Shown here: positions 1 to 7,881 of the stretch, piece after piece
Layout of the letters: each line of letters opens with the position of its first letter
How positions within the stretch are numbered: position 1 is the stretch's first letter
Virus record (IMG/VR): IMGVR_UViG_3300036778_000080
Location: 1 to 27,885 of that record
Direction: 5' to 3' (one strand)
Length of the DNA stretch: 27,885 nt
From: a virus
Lineage: Duplodnaviria; Caudoviricetes
Program-made: the position numbers and the translations under genes
Notes under the pieces: model-generated
Seen by the model: the letters and a program-made list of their open reading frames with translations, nothing else
Databases searched by the model: none
Told to the model about the DNA's origin: nothing

Positions 1-149
1 GTCTTCGGGTATTCCCCTTCGTCCATGGCGGTCAGTACGCGGGCGACCGCTGCCTTGTCGGTGCCTTCCTTCAACGCCTCGCGCAGGAAAGCCTCGTTGG
101 TGTTGCAGTTGGCGGTGAGGATTTCGATGGAAGGGCAGCGGCTGGGCAT
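1..149 (-). CDS. hypothetical protein, runs off the window start (partial)
   Basis: ATG at 149-147 with strong GAGGAGGAG RBS; open to position 1 (MPSRCPSIEILTANCN...). Confidence 0.6.
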   Translation of the reverse strand, partial: MPSRCPSIEILTANCNTNEAFLREALKEGTDKAAVARVLTAMDEGEYPK

Positions 150-162
150 GGGCGTCTCCTCC

Positions 163-417
163 TCAACCTGCGATCAGCGGCCACCAGCCGTTCCCGGCCG
201 CGCCCCAAAAGAATTCGTCGGCGTCGCGCAAGCCGTTCTTGGTCACGCGCTCCCAGAGGTCATGGGGATTGCAGATTTTGCCAAGGCCGCCGCCGTTCCA
301 CAGTGCTTCCGCTTCCGCCTTGTTGCGGGCGAAAAAGGCGATTGCCTCCATGATCTCGGGGCTGGTCTCGCGGCTGTCCGCAGTGGCGATGAAGTCTGCG
401 GCTTCAAATGCGGTCAT
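163..417 (-). CDS. hypothetical phage protein (84 aa)
   Basis: ORF with GAGGAG RBS; protein-like composition. Confidence 0.7.
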   Translation of the reverse strand: MTAFEAADFIATADSRETSPEIMEAIAFFARNKAEAEALWNGGGLGKICNPHDLWERVTKNGLRDADEFFWGAAGNGWWPLIAG

Positions 418-428
418 CGGGTTTCTCC

Positions 429-644
429 TCAGTAAAGGTCGAACTGGATTTGCACGTTCCGGTTCAGGCTCGCGTCCCAGTAGCTAGAGCCGTGCCCGAT
501 GATTCCCGCGCTCTTGTGCTCAGCCTCGAAAATGCAGAACGCGTGATAAAGGCAATGAGAGATTGCACCGATGCGCAGCATGCGCGCCGTGGTCTGGAAT
601 ACGACGCCGTCGATCACGACGCGGATTTTCTGGCTGGGTTTCAT
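429..644 (-). CDS. hypothetical phage protein (71 aa, MKPSQKIRVVIDG...)
   Basis: 3' part of ORF 429..1232; ATG at 644 preceded by GAGGAGAAACCCGG, nearly identical to the RBS of the next gene. Confidence 0.65.
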   Translation of the reverse strand: MKPSQKIRVVIDGVVFQTTARMLRIGAISHCLYHAFCIFEAEHKSAGIIGHGSSYWDASLNRNVQIQFDLY

Positions 645-692
645 CCGGGTTTCTCCTCGGGCCACCGGGCGATTGCCTCGGCTTCGGCACTT

Positions 693-721
693 TAAATATC
701 GCGATCCGCGATAAAACGCAA
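693..721 (-). promoter_or_regulatory. putative sigma70 promoter with palindromic operator in the spacer
   Basis: minus strand TTGCGT-17 nt-TATTTA; inverted repeat TATCGCG-atc-CGCGATA at 697-713; AT-rich divergent intergenic region. Confidence 0.45.
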
Positions 722-731
722 GAGGGAAATA

Positions 732-923
732 ATGGGAATTGTGATTTTTTGCGATGCGCCAGGGTGCACCGCGCAGCACACCGGCTGCTACGTGTCGCAG
801 GACGGCAGGCTCGAAGGGGTGCTGCCCTGGTGGATCGTCCGCGGCAATCGGAAACTCGTGGTCGCCTGCTCGGCGGAGCACATCGCTGCCGCTGCTGGCG
901 TGGCTGTCGTGCATGAAAGTTAA
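732..923 (+). CDS. small Cys/His protein, possible Zn-binding (63 aa)
   Basis: GAGGG RBS; CxxxxC...CSxxH pattern. Confidence 0.6.
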   Translation: MGIVIFCDAPGCTAQHTGCYVSQDGRLEGVLPWWIVRGNRKLVVACSAEHIAAAAGVAVVHES

Positions 924-1137
924 AGCTGCGGCGCCCGGAGGGTCTGGACTCCAGGCGCCGCATGGGGTTTCGTCTGCACATCGAAGCGGCTCGCACCCCG
1001 CTCCGATGGCCAAATGCACACGTTGGAACGCCGTGGCACTCGTTTGACCCCCTGCAATTTGCACGGTCAAACCGTCCCCACAAGTCCCCTGACGTGACAT
1101 TTCCGGTCGAAAGCGTGCGATTGCGTGCCTGGTCGGT

Positions 1138-1525
1138 AGGTTAAGACGGCGGCGGCCACGCAATGAGACAACCGGGCGACCGTGGGTAAGCGGACGCCAA
1201 AGCCCGGGCCGGCTCGACTGCTCCAGCCGCAAGGTTGGGGAGCGTGCTGCGGCGGCGTCGCGTGGTGCACTCGTTCTAAGGCTCTCGTGCTCCTACGGGA
1301 TCGCGTCGCTGCCGAACCTGAAACCCGCATACAGCACGCTCAAGGATGGGGTGCCATGCACTGCCCCGTCCTGATCGCAAGTGGGGGGCAGGCTCCATAC
1401 GGAACCTCTTCTACTCCGGTCAGCACGTCCGCCGTCGTTCGCGATTTCGATCGCGCGCGCGGTTGGGCGACTGCTGACCGGCTGCATGAAAAGCCCACCA
1501 CCGGAACTTGGAGGTTTTGCAGAGA
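1138..1525 (+). ncRNA. candidate structured non-coding RNA or cis-element
   Basis: no convincing ORF between 924 and 1590; several long stems with GCAA and UUCG tetraloops (see findings). Confidence 0.35.
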
Positions 1526-1590
1526 CGAGCTGAGGTAAGGAAGTACATCCAAGGTCGGTAGAACAAGGGTAAGTACTTAGGGGATAGGTC

Positions 1591-1956
1591 ATGAATTCAG
1601 ATTCTTGCGCGAGCGACGAAAAAAATCCGTTCGGCCTTTCGAGCGAAGAGATGGCCCGCATCGGCCACGAACGCGCCGCAGTGCACGAGAAAGCCATACA
1701 GGAATTCTCGCAGGCGCTGCTGGACTGGATGCAGGGAGAAAGCGAGAAACGCGATCTAAAAATCGGTGACTGCGTGGTCGCGATGGAAATCGTGCAGGCG
1801 GCATTCGAGCGCAGCGCAAAGGACGATCCGCGCGTGGATGCGCATTACAAAGCCCGGCGCTCTCTCTACAGCATCGCCATTATCATGGGCGCGACCGACG
1901 AAGAGAAAGAGACCATCCGCGCCTATGCACAGGCAAATAATCCGCGGCATTCGTGA
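1591..1956 (+). CDS. hypothetical helical protein (121 aa)
   Basis: ORF with purine-rich RBS; first gene of a coupled operon. Confidence 0.75.
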   Translation: MNSDSCASDEKNPFGLSSEEMARIGHERAAVHEKAIQEFSQALLDWMQGESEKRDLKIGDCVVAMEIVQAAFERSAKDDPRVDAHYKARRSLYSIAIIMGATDEEKETIRAYAQANNPRHS

Positions 1957-1976
1957 TTTTAGAGGACGGAAATCCT

Positions 1977-2261
1977 ATGGACGATAAGACTGAAGTCCTG
2001 GCCACGAGGCTTGTCCGCTCGGGCGACGGCTCGCCGCATGATGCGCTGCTACAGCGGGTGGGCGAGGCGCTCACGATGGGCACGCGTGCAGGTCTCACTC
2101 CGATGGAGATGGCCAGCATATTGGCGTGTGCGGCGGTGGACGTGATCCGCACCGGGCTGCCGGCGACGCCGAATACCGTGGCGGTGTTCGGACTGTCGCA
2201 GTGCATGGTGGAGCACGTGCGCGACCATGCGTCGATTTTCCAGGAAGGCAGCATTCAATGA
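1977..2261 (+). CDS. hypothetical protein, paralogue-array member 1
   Basis: ATG 1977 (or GTG 1953); motif ASILACAAVDVIR. Confidence 0.7.
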   Translation: MDDKTEVLATRLVRSGDGSPHDALLQRVGEALTMGTRAGLTPMEMASILACAAVDVIRTGLPATPNTVAVFGLSQCMVEHVRDHASIFQEGSIQ

Positions 2262-2572
2262 GCGACATGAAGCGCGAGACGATCCAGGAAGGCGAGGTCG
2301 GGGATATTCAGAAGATCACGCTGGGCCAAGTCGGCGAGATGCTGGCTGACAGCGTGCTGATGCAGTGCGCGTGGGCGGTCAAAGCCGGCATGGATCAGCG
2401 GGCTGCACCGGGCATTCTGTCGGCGATTGTGGTCGATATGATCCGGGAGATGGTGCGCGAGGAATTCCAGGAAGAGGTGCTCGAAGCGACCTTCGAAGCG
2501 ATGCGGATGCATTTCAAGGTTGGCGATTCGACGATCGAGGAGAAAGAGGAGGCGGCCGATGTCCAGCACTGA
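2258..2572 (+). CDS. hypothetical protein, paralogue-array member 2
   Basis: ATGA overlap with upstream stop; motif PGILSAIVVDMIR. Confidence 0.75.
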   Translation: MSDMKRETIQEGEVGDIQKITLGQVGEMLADSVLMQCAWAVKAGMDQRAAPGILSAIVVDMIREMVREEFQEEVLEATFEAMRMHFKVGDSTIEEKEEAADVQH

Positions 2573-2858
2573 GGGTCTGCCGATGCCGGACGAATGGGTG
2601 ACAACGCACGAGCCATCCGATGCGGACACCGCGATGATTGACACGATAGTGGACGTGCTCGCCTTAGCTGAACGCGGGGGCGTCCAACCCAAGATCATGG
2701 TGTCGGCGCTGATGTCGATTGCGGTGGACACGATACGGGCGGCGGTGAAGCCGGAGTATTTCCAGATGATGGTATCCCTGGCGTTCAAGGCGGCGCAGCA
2801 GCACGCGGACGCGGGCAAGTCGATCCTTGCTCCTCCAGCGCCACAAAAACCGACCTGA
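2559..2858 (+). CDS. hypothetical protein, paralogue-array member 3
   Basis: GAGGAGG RBS; motif VSALMSIAVDTIR. Confidence 0.75.
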   Translation: MSSTEGLPMPDEWVTTHEPSDADTAMIDTIVDVLALAERGGVQPKIMVSALMSIAVDTIRAAVKPEYFQMMVSLAFKAAQQHADAGKSILAPPAPQKPT

Positions 2859-2921
2859 CACCGTTGCGGCGCTGATCATCACCGCGCAAAATAAGCGCCA
2901 GGGTTTCTGGGAGGCGCAGCG

Positions 2922-3212
2922 GTGGCAGACGGTTTCGGGCGTGATCGCATGGATGCGTTCGGCGTCGATGTGGTCAATTCCATGGACCGGCACACGCTCG
3001 GTCTGTCCAATCCGACGCAAACGATTGGACCGGCCGGCGTGGCCATCGCGCTCGGCGTCGATTGGGCTTGGCAGGTATGCCGCGACAACAAAATCAACCC
3101 GGAAAATGCGCGCGCGTTCGTGCAGGAGCTGATCGACCGGGCGCTGAAGGATTCGGCTGAACGACCCGGTCATCTGATCGACCGGATGCGGTCTCGGGCG
3201 CGCGGGCTGTGA
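2922..3212 (+). CDS. hypothetical protein, paralogue-array member 4
   Basis: GGAGG RBS, GTG start; motif AGVAIALGVDW. Confidence 0.7.
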   Translation: MADGFGRDRMDAFGVDVVNSMDRHTLGLSNPTQTIGPAGVAIALGVDWAWQVCRDNKINPENARAFVQELIDRALKDSAERPGHLIDRMRSRARGL

Positions 3213-3502
3213 CCGAGGCGGATGTCGCAGCCATCCGGCTGGCAGCCGCGGTGTCCCGGTTGGTGAAAGAGCATCTGGACCGCATCGACGATCCGCGCCA
3301 GCGGGTGATTGCAGCCTCCGTCGCCATGGGCGTCGCGGTCGATTGCCACATGCTGGCATGCAAGGAACATGGCTGGTCAGAGTCAGCATGCTACGCGGCG
3401 AGCGCGGCGCTGTGCGCCAGGGTGATGGACTACGCCGGCGCCGGCGACATAGCGGATGGCGCGATTGCAACGGAACAGAAGCTGGACGCGGGGGAACTGT
3501 GA
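3209..3502 (+). CDS. hypothetical protein, paralogue-array member 5
   Basis: GTGA overlap; motif ASVAMGVAVDC. Confidence 0.7.
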   Translation: MTEADVAAIRLAAAVSRLVKEHLDRIDDPRQRVIAASVAMGVAVDCHMLACKEHGWSESACYAASAALCARVMDYAGAGDIADGAIATEQKLDAGEL

Positions 3503-3804
3503 CCGAGGATGAACTGGCCGCCGTGTCTGCCGATCTGGAAAACGGCGTCGAGGCGTGGTGCAGCAGCCGCGGGCTGACCAGCCTAGGCAAACCGGCCGGC
3601 ATGGAAGTCGTCCCGGCGATGATCACGGTCGAGGCGGATACCGCGGCTGAGGCGCTCGATGTCGTCCGGCTCGGGCTGCTCGAACTGTATGCCCGGCATC
3701 CGCCCGGCACTGCGATCCTGCGCTACGTCGAGCATTCGGTGATGTGGACCGGCACGCAATGCGAAATGCGGGTGCTGCTGCACGTCTATCGGGCAATCGG
3801 CTAG
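3499..3804 (+). CDS. hypothetical protein (101 aa)
   Basis: GTGA overlap with upstream stop; MTEDELAAVSADLE... Confidence 0.65.
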   Translation: MTEDELAAVSADLENGVEAWCSSRGLTSLGKPAGMEVVPAMITVEADTAAEALDVVRLGLLELYARHPPGTAILRYVEHSVMWTGTQCEMRVLLHVYRAIG

Positions 3805-3816
3805 GGGAACGACACA

Positions 3817-4059
3817 ATGGCATTGCGGGCGGACAGCGGCGTGGCGCCGGATGTGCTGACGCGTGGCGATATGGATCAACTCGGCTGCGACAATCCGCGG
3901 TGCCGGGCGGTGCACATGGACCTGATCCTGTCGGCGCCGTGCCATCCGAAAGCCGGGCTGGTGGTGGTCTATCAGAAGCAACCGGGCACGCTGCTGATTG
4001 CGTGCAAGGTCTGTAAGCAGCCTGTTTCGCTCGTCCAGGTCGGCTGGGGGCCGCAGTGA
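3817..4059 (+). CDS. small Zn-finger-like protein (80 aa)
   Basis: CxxxxC...CH...CxxC. Confidence 0.65.
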   Translation: MALRADSGVAPDVLTRGDMDQLGCDNPRCRAVHMDLILSAPCHPKAGLVVVYQKQPGTLLIACKVCKQPVSLVQVGWGPQ

Positions 4060-4316
4060 GCGCTGAGGGCGAGCACGTCGAACGCGTTGAGGTGCTCTTC
4101 AATCGGGTGCGACCGCTGTTCGCCGGCCAGCCGCCCGGTGTCACTGGCGCAGTGCTGGCTGACCTGCTGGCGGTCTGGCTGGCCGGGCATAGCAGCGGGC
4201 ACGGCCCCACTGCATCGCGCCGCATCCGCGAGGAACTGCTGGCGGCACACATCAAGCTCGTGCGGGAACTGATCCCGGTCAACGAAGAGATAATCAGGGA
4301 TAGGGGAAAGAGATGA
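4056..4316 (+). CDS. hypothetical protein (86 aa)
   Basis: 4-nt start/stop overlaps at both ends. Confidence 0.7.
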   Translation: MSAEGEHVERVEVLFNRVRPLFAGQPPGVTGAVLADLLAVWLAGHSSGHGPTASRRIREELLAAHIKLVRELIPVNEEIIRDRGKR

Positions 4317-4672
4317 GCGAAGGGAACGGCTTTGCGATGACGCGCACGTGCAGCGAGTGCCCGTGGCTGCGGTCCAGCGCGGTTGGGCGGTTCGGGCCTG
4401 ACCGGTATGAGGCGCTCGCCAATAGCTGCAAACCTGGCTGGCTGCGGCCGGTGTTTGCCTGCCACAAAACCCCGGAGGGCGACGGGACGCGTGCGTGCGC
4501 TGGGATGCTGCTGGTGGTCGGGCGCGACAGCAACGCGGTGCGGCTGGCGCTGATGAAGGGCGTCCTGGACCTGGACAAGATCGAGGCGTCGGGGCCGCTG
4601 TATGACAGCTTCATCGAGATGGCGGTGGCCAACGGGTGCGATCCGGACGCACCGGAATTCGAAGGGCTGTGA
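4313..4672 (+). CDS. DUF6283-like Cys-rich protein
   Basis: CxxCPW...FACHK...CAG...RLA...LY.S..EM..AN pattern recalled from this family. Confidence 0.7.
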   Translation: MSEGNGFAMTRTCSECPWLRSSAVGRFGPDRYEALANSCKPGWLRPVFACHKTPEGDGTRACAGMLLVVGRDSNAVRLALMKGVLDLDKIEASGPLYDSFIEMAVANGCDPDAPEFEGL

Positions 4673-4833
4673 TCAAGGCGTTCGTGTGCCTGGGCGCTGC
4701 CTTTGGTGCCGAACTGGCTGCGTGGCTGCTGTTTCTGATGACGGATGACACCGAGACGATCCTGGCGCTCCTGCTCGCGGCCTTCGCGGCATGGCTGGCG
4801 GCGGCGCTGTGTTTTATCCGGGCGACTGGCTGA
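4669..4833 (+). CDS. small two-TM membrane protein
   Basis: GTGA overlap; two hydrophobic stretches. Confidence 0.55.
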   Translation: MIKAFVCLGAAFGAELAAWLLFLMTDDTETILALLLAAFAAWLAAALCFIRATG

Positions 4834-4886
4834 TGCGGCATTGCTGCTTGTGTCGTTCGCGGTGGCCACGAGGCGGGGAAAAACCG

Positions 4887-5036
4887 ATGGCAGACGAGAC
4901 ATTCGAGGAAGCGCTGAACGACCTGATCAAGCGGTACCGCGACGATGGGACCGAACTGGATGACATCGTGCAGGCGCTCGAACTGGCCCGATACGCGCTC
5001 CAGGACGAAGACAATGAAGGCGAGGGGGAGGGCTGA
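4887..5036 (+). CDS. small acidic protein (49 aa)
   Basis: MADETFEEALNDLIKRY...; stop overlaps next ATG (TGATG). Confidence 0.6.
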   Translation: MADETFEEALNDLIKRYRDDGTELDDIVQALELARYALQDEDNEGEGEG

Positions 5037-5470
5037 TGCCGCTTTACTTCGTGTGGGTCGGCCGGGACCGGCAGGCAAAGCCGATCGAGGCGCCCGATGC
5101 GCAAATCGCGATTAGCTTCTGGCTGCAAGACGAAGCGTATGAAAGCCGCGAGCACGCCGCCAAGGAATTCGGGGTCGAGGTGAAGGATATCCGCGCTGAA
5201 ATCGCACCGGGCAACGCTCAGGTGAGGCAGGTAAAGGCGGTGCCGGAAAGCGCCGAAGATATGCTCCGGATGCTCACGGTTATGCAGCAGCAGGCGCTGT
5301 CTATGCATCCCGGTGTGTCGAGGCTGCCGCTTGGGTCGGACACGTGGGTTGCGCTGGGCGAACTGCTTGGTCACCTCGCCAAGCTGCGCGCGCTGGTCGG
5401 TCGTGACATCGACGATATGCATCGGGCGGATCGCCGAGAGACGACCGAGGCATTGAGGGGGCCGGGCTGA
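5036..5470 (+). CDS. hypothetical protein (144 aa)
   Basis: GGAGGG RBS, TGATG coupling. Confidence 0.7.
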   Translation: MPLYFVWVGRDRQAKPIEAPDAQIAISFWLQDEAYESREHAAKEFGVEVKDIRAEIAPGNAQVRQVKAVPESAEDMLRMLTVMQQQALSMHPGVSRLPLGSDTWVALGELLGHLAKLRALVGRDIDDMHRADRRETTEALRGPG

Positions 5471-5474
5471 CTGA

Positions 5475-5768
5475 GTGTGCCAGCGGGTGAATGTGGCGCG
5501 CGTGCTCTATCGGCTCGCCATGCTGCCGGCAGCGCCGGGCGCGGTCGGGCTGATGATCGCCCGCGATCCATATGACGTGCTCGGGTTGTGCCTGCTGGTC
5601 TCCGCGCTCGCGATATGCGGGCTGGCGCACTGCTTCGAGCGTCTGGACGGTAGGCAACAGCAACGTTGCGCGTCATGCTCCCCCTCGTTGCAACGGAGGG
5701 GGCCGGATCATGGTGGACGCTCGAGATATGATGCATTTCGAGGCGGTGACGGCGCATCTCGAGGCTGA
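5475..5768 (+). CDS. putative small membrane protein (start uncertain)
   Basis: hydrophobic segments; fills the operon gap. Confidence 0.4.
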   Translation: MCQRVNVARVLYRLAMLPAAPGAVGLMIARDPYDVLGLCLLVSALAICGLAHCFERLDGRQQQRCASCSPSLQRRGPDHGGRSRYDAFRGGDGASRG

Positions 5769-5928
5769 ACTGAAGGCGAGCGAAGAGCGGACGCGCGAGT
5801 TGCGGATGGTGCTCGGCGCGCTGCAACGGCGGATGTTCCCGCCCGGTGCCATGGAGCCGCAGTACGCCTCGCAGTCGGGCGTGAACGTGAATGCGGCGAA
5901 CCGGGAGCAATACAATGACGCTCGATGA
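5710..5928 (+). CDS. small coiled-coil protein (72 aa)
   Basis: GGAGGG RBS; heptad-like LEAELKASEERTRELR. Confidence 0.6.
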   Translation: MVDARDMMHFEAVTAHLEAELKASEERTRELRMVLGALQRRMFPPGAMEPQYASQSGVNVNAANREQYNDAR

Positions 5929-6286
5929 AGCGCTGGCGCTGCTGTGCGATGTGCACGTGCAGGAGGTCGATGCACCGGTCGATTGGCAGATCGAGATAGC
6001 GGCCGTCCCGCGGCGCCCACATCAGATCAGACACTACGAGGAAGCGTGGGGCATCGTCCGCGCCAGGGTGCTGGCGTCGCGGCATTTCGCAACGCGGGTG
6101 CTCCAGGAACACGCCGACCTGTCGGTGAAGCTGGCGGCGCTTGATCGCTTCGTGCACGGGGCAGGCTTCTCGGAACTGCCGATCGCCGAACGGCTGCGCC
6201 TCACAAGCCAGTCGCAGGCAATGCACACATACCGGGACATCCTGGAACAGCGCATTGCCGGCTTCGAAACGCAGGCAGCGCCATGA
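5915..6286 (+). CDS. protein with C-terminal crAss001_48-like domain
   Basis: RVLQEHADLSVKLAALDRF...L..Q..AM..Y..ILEQRIAGF signature. Confidence 0.7.
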   Translation: MTLDEALALLCDVHVQEVDAPVDWQIEIAAVPRRPHQIRHYEEAWGIVRARVLASRHFATRVLQEHADLSVKLAALDRFVHGAGFSELPIAERLRLTSQSQAMHTYRDILEQRIAGFETQAAP

Positions 6287-6765
6287 ACGACACGGACTTC
6301 CGCGTCATGGTCGCCGATGGGCTGACGTTCCTGCACTCCACGTTCGTGCCCGGTGATCCGGCCGGCGTGGTCCGCGACGATTGCCGTGTGCTCCTGCTCG
6401 CCATCGCGGCCCAGGAATCGGGCTGGAATGAGCGGCGGCAGGTCGGCGGCGGCCCGGCGCGCTCGTACTGGCAGTTCGAAAGCGGCGGCGGCGTGGCCGG
6501 TGTGATCGCGTTGCAGTTCGCGCGGCTCCAGCTCGTCTGCGAGCGGCTCGATGTGCCGATGGCGCAGTCGCTGATCTTCGAGGCGATGGCGTGGAACGAC
6601 CGGCTGGCGCTGGCTATGGCGCGGCTGCTGCTGTGGACTGATCCCGCACCGCTGCCGTCGATCGGCAACCGTGATGCCGCATGGGCCTATTACCTGCGGC
6701 TGTGGCGGCCCGGGAAGCCGCGGCCCGACGATTGGGCGGCCAGCTATGCCCGCGCGCAAGGCTAA
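6283..6765 (+). CDS. lysozyme-like (transglycosylase fold) protein, probable endolysin
   Basis: LAIAAQES catalytic Glu helix, GPARSYWQFE motif, YYLRLWRPGKP. Confidence 0.65.
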   Translation: MNDTDFRVMVADGLTFLHSTFVPGDPAGVVRDDCRVLLLAIAAQESGWNERRQVGGGPARSYWQFESGGGVAGVIALQFARLQLVCERLDVPMAQSLIFEAMAWNDRLALAMARLLLWTDPAPLPSIGNRDAAWAYYLRLWRPGKPRPDDWAASYARAQG

Positions 6766-7045
6766 GGCGAAGCCGGCGCCGGCGGCCGGCGGGTTCCAGC
6801 GCGATCCGTTCGGACCTGGCTGGCAACGGCGGGTCACCAGCGAGGCGGTGCAAATCGGGCTGAAAATCGACGCGCTCCAGCAGATGCTGCGGCGGCCGGC
6901 GACCATTGGCTACCGCCATCAGTTCGCGCTGATGAAGCAGCAACTGGCGCACCTCCGCGCCTACCATGACGTGCTGAACGACCGTATTGCGGACTTCTCC
7001 CTGTCACGCGAGGAAGAGGTGGCGCAGAACGATCCGGACAGCTAA
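6746..7045 (+). CDS. second crAss001_48-like protein
   Basis: WQRRV..E....KI..L...L..QL..L..Y..VL..RI..F signature. Confidence 0.6.
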   Translation: MPARKAKAKPAPAAGGFQRDPFGPGWQRRVTSEAVQIGLKIDALQQMLRRPATIGYRHQFALMKQQLAHLRAYHDVLNDRIADFSLSREEEVAQNDPDS

Positions 7046-7086
7046 CGTCGCGGCGCCCTTCTTCCGAGGGTGGCGTTTACCGAACT

Positions 7087-7114
7087 GTGGCCGGCTCCGT
7101 GCCGGCCGCTTTTT
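7087..7114 (+). terminator. putative intrinsic terminator
   Basis: GTGGCCGGC-tccgt-GCCGGCCGC hairpin followed by TTTTT. Confidence 0.5.
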
Positions 7115-7128
7115 GCGAGGAGGCTGCA

Positions 7129-7452
7129 ATGGTCGGCTACACCAAGCGTGGCATCATGGCTCTGTCTGTCGCACTCATCTCGTGCACCTCGCAGCAGACC
7201 AATCAGGCAGCGTCCACCCCGCTCGGGCAACTGTTCTGCGCCATCGCTGGCCCAACCGGACAGACGGTGACCGCGAAGATGGTGGCGGCCGGCGGCGATC
7301 CAGTGGCAATCATCGCGACCGGTGCGACCGCGGCCTATGTGTCCGGCGTGTGCGCAGCGGCCGGCGGCATCCCGGTCTCGCCGCCCGCAAGCCCTGGCAC
7401 CGCACCGACTGTCGCTGTGGTCCCTCCGGCCGCGGCGGTTACGACCAAGTAG
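7129..7452 (+). CDS. predicted lipoprotein (107 aa)
   Basis: GAGGAGG RBS; basic N-terminus, hydrophobic core, lipobox-like LISC; Pro/Ala-rich tail. Confidence 0.7.
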   Translation: MVGYTKRGIMALSVALISCTSQQTNQAASTPLGQLFCAIAGPTGQTVTAKMVAAGGDPVAIIATGATAAYVSGVCAAAGGIPVSPPASPGTAPTVAVVPPAAAVTTK

Positions 7453-7459
7453 TCAGCCG

Positions 7460-7612
7460 ATGTCGGATGACGAACGCGCGCTGCTCTTGGCGCTGGCCCA
7501 AGCCATGATCCGGCAACTGGTGGTGCAGCCTACGCAGGAGCGCGTCGAGCGGGCGCGGGAAATCCACCGGCTTGCCACTCGCATCTTGATCGAGGGGAAG
7601 CCGCCCGAGTAG
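7460..7612 (+). CDS. hypothetical protein (50 aa)
   Basis: MSDDERALLLALAQ...; last gene of the + operon. Confidence 0.5.
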   Translation: MSDDERALLLALAQAMIRQLVVQPTQERVERAREIHRLATRILIEGKPPE

Positions 7613-7742
7613 GCTGGCGACGGTCTCCACCATGGCTATCGACGGGAAAGCGGGGCGCTCTGTGATGCCGACAGGGCGCCCCTTATTGCAAGCGCGGCCG
7701 GCCACGGTAAGCTGCTTGCCGACCTATCTTTCGAACAACTCC

Positions 7743-7780
7743 AGGCGCCTCCGTCCTCCCAGACAGGCGCCTTTTTCTTT
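7743..7780 (+). terminator. intrinsic terminator for the + operon
   Basis: AGGCGCCT...AGGCGCCT stem followed by TTTTTCTTT. Confidence 0.6.
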
Positions 7781-7786
7781 GCCCGC

Positions 7787-7832
7787 AAAAGAAAGCCGCG
7801 CTCGGGGTGTTGGCGGTCCCGGCGCGGCTTTC
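7787..7832 (-). terminator. intrinsic terminator for the convergent - operon
   Basis: GAAAGCCGCGC...GCGCGGCTTTC stem with U-tract on the minus strand. Confidence 0.6.
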
Positions 7833-7881
7833 AGCAAGCGGTCTCCAGCCCCTACCCTGAAGGGACCGGTGGGCCAACCGC

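Noticed and set aside
645-1232. N-terminal extension of ORF 429..1232
   Set aside because: Strong RBS at 644; the extension crosses a promoter and an opposite-strand gene
2664-3710. 348-aa minus-strand ORF
   Set aside because: Arg/Pro/Ser-rich shadow of the coupled plus-strand genes
5915-7045. Calling the crAss001_48-like proteins Acb2/Tad anti-defence sponges
   Set aside because: The motifs I recall for those proteins are not present; function cannot be assigned from sequence
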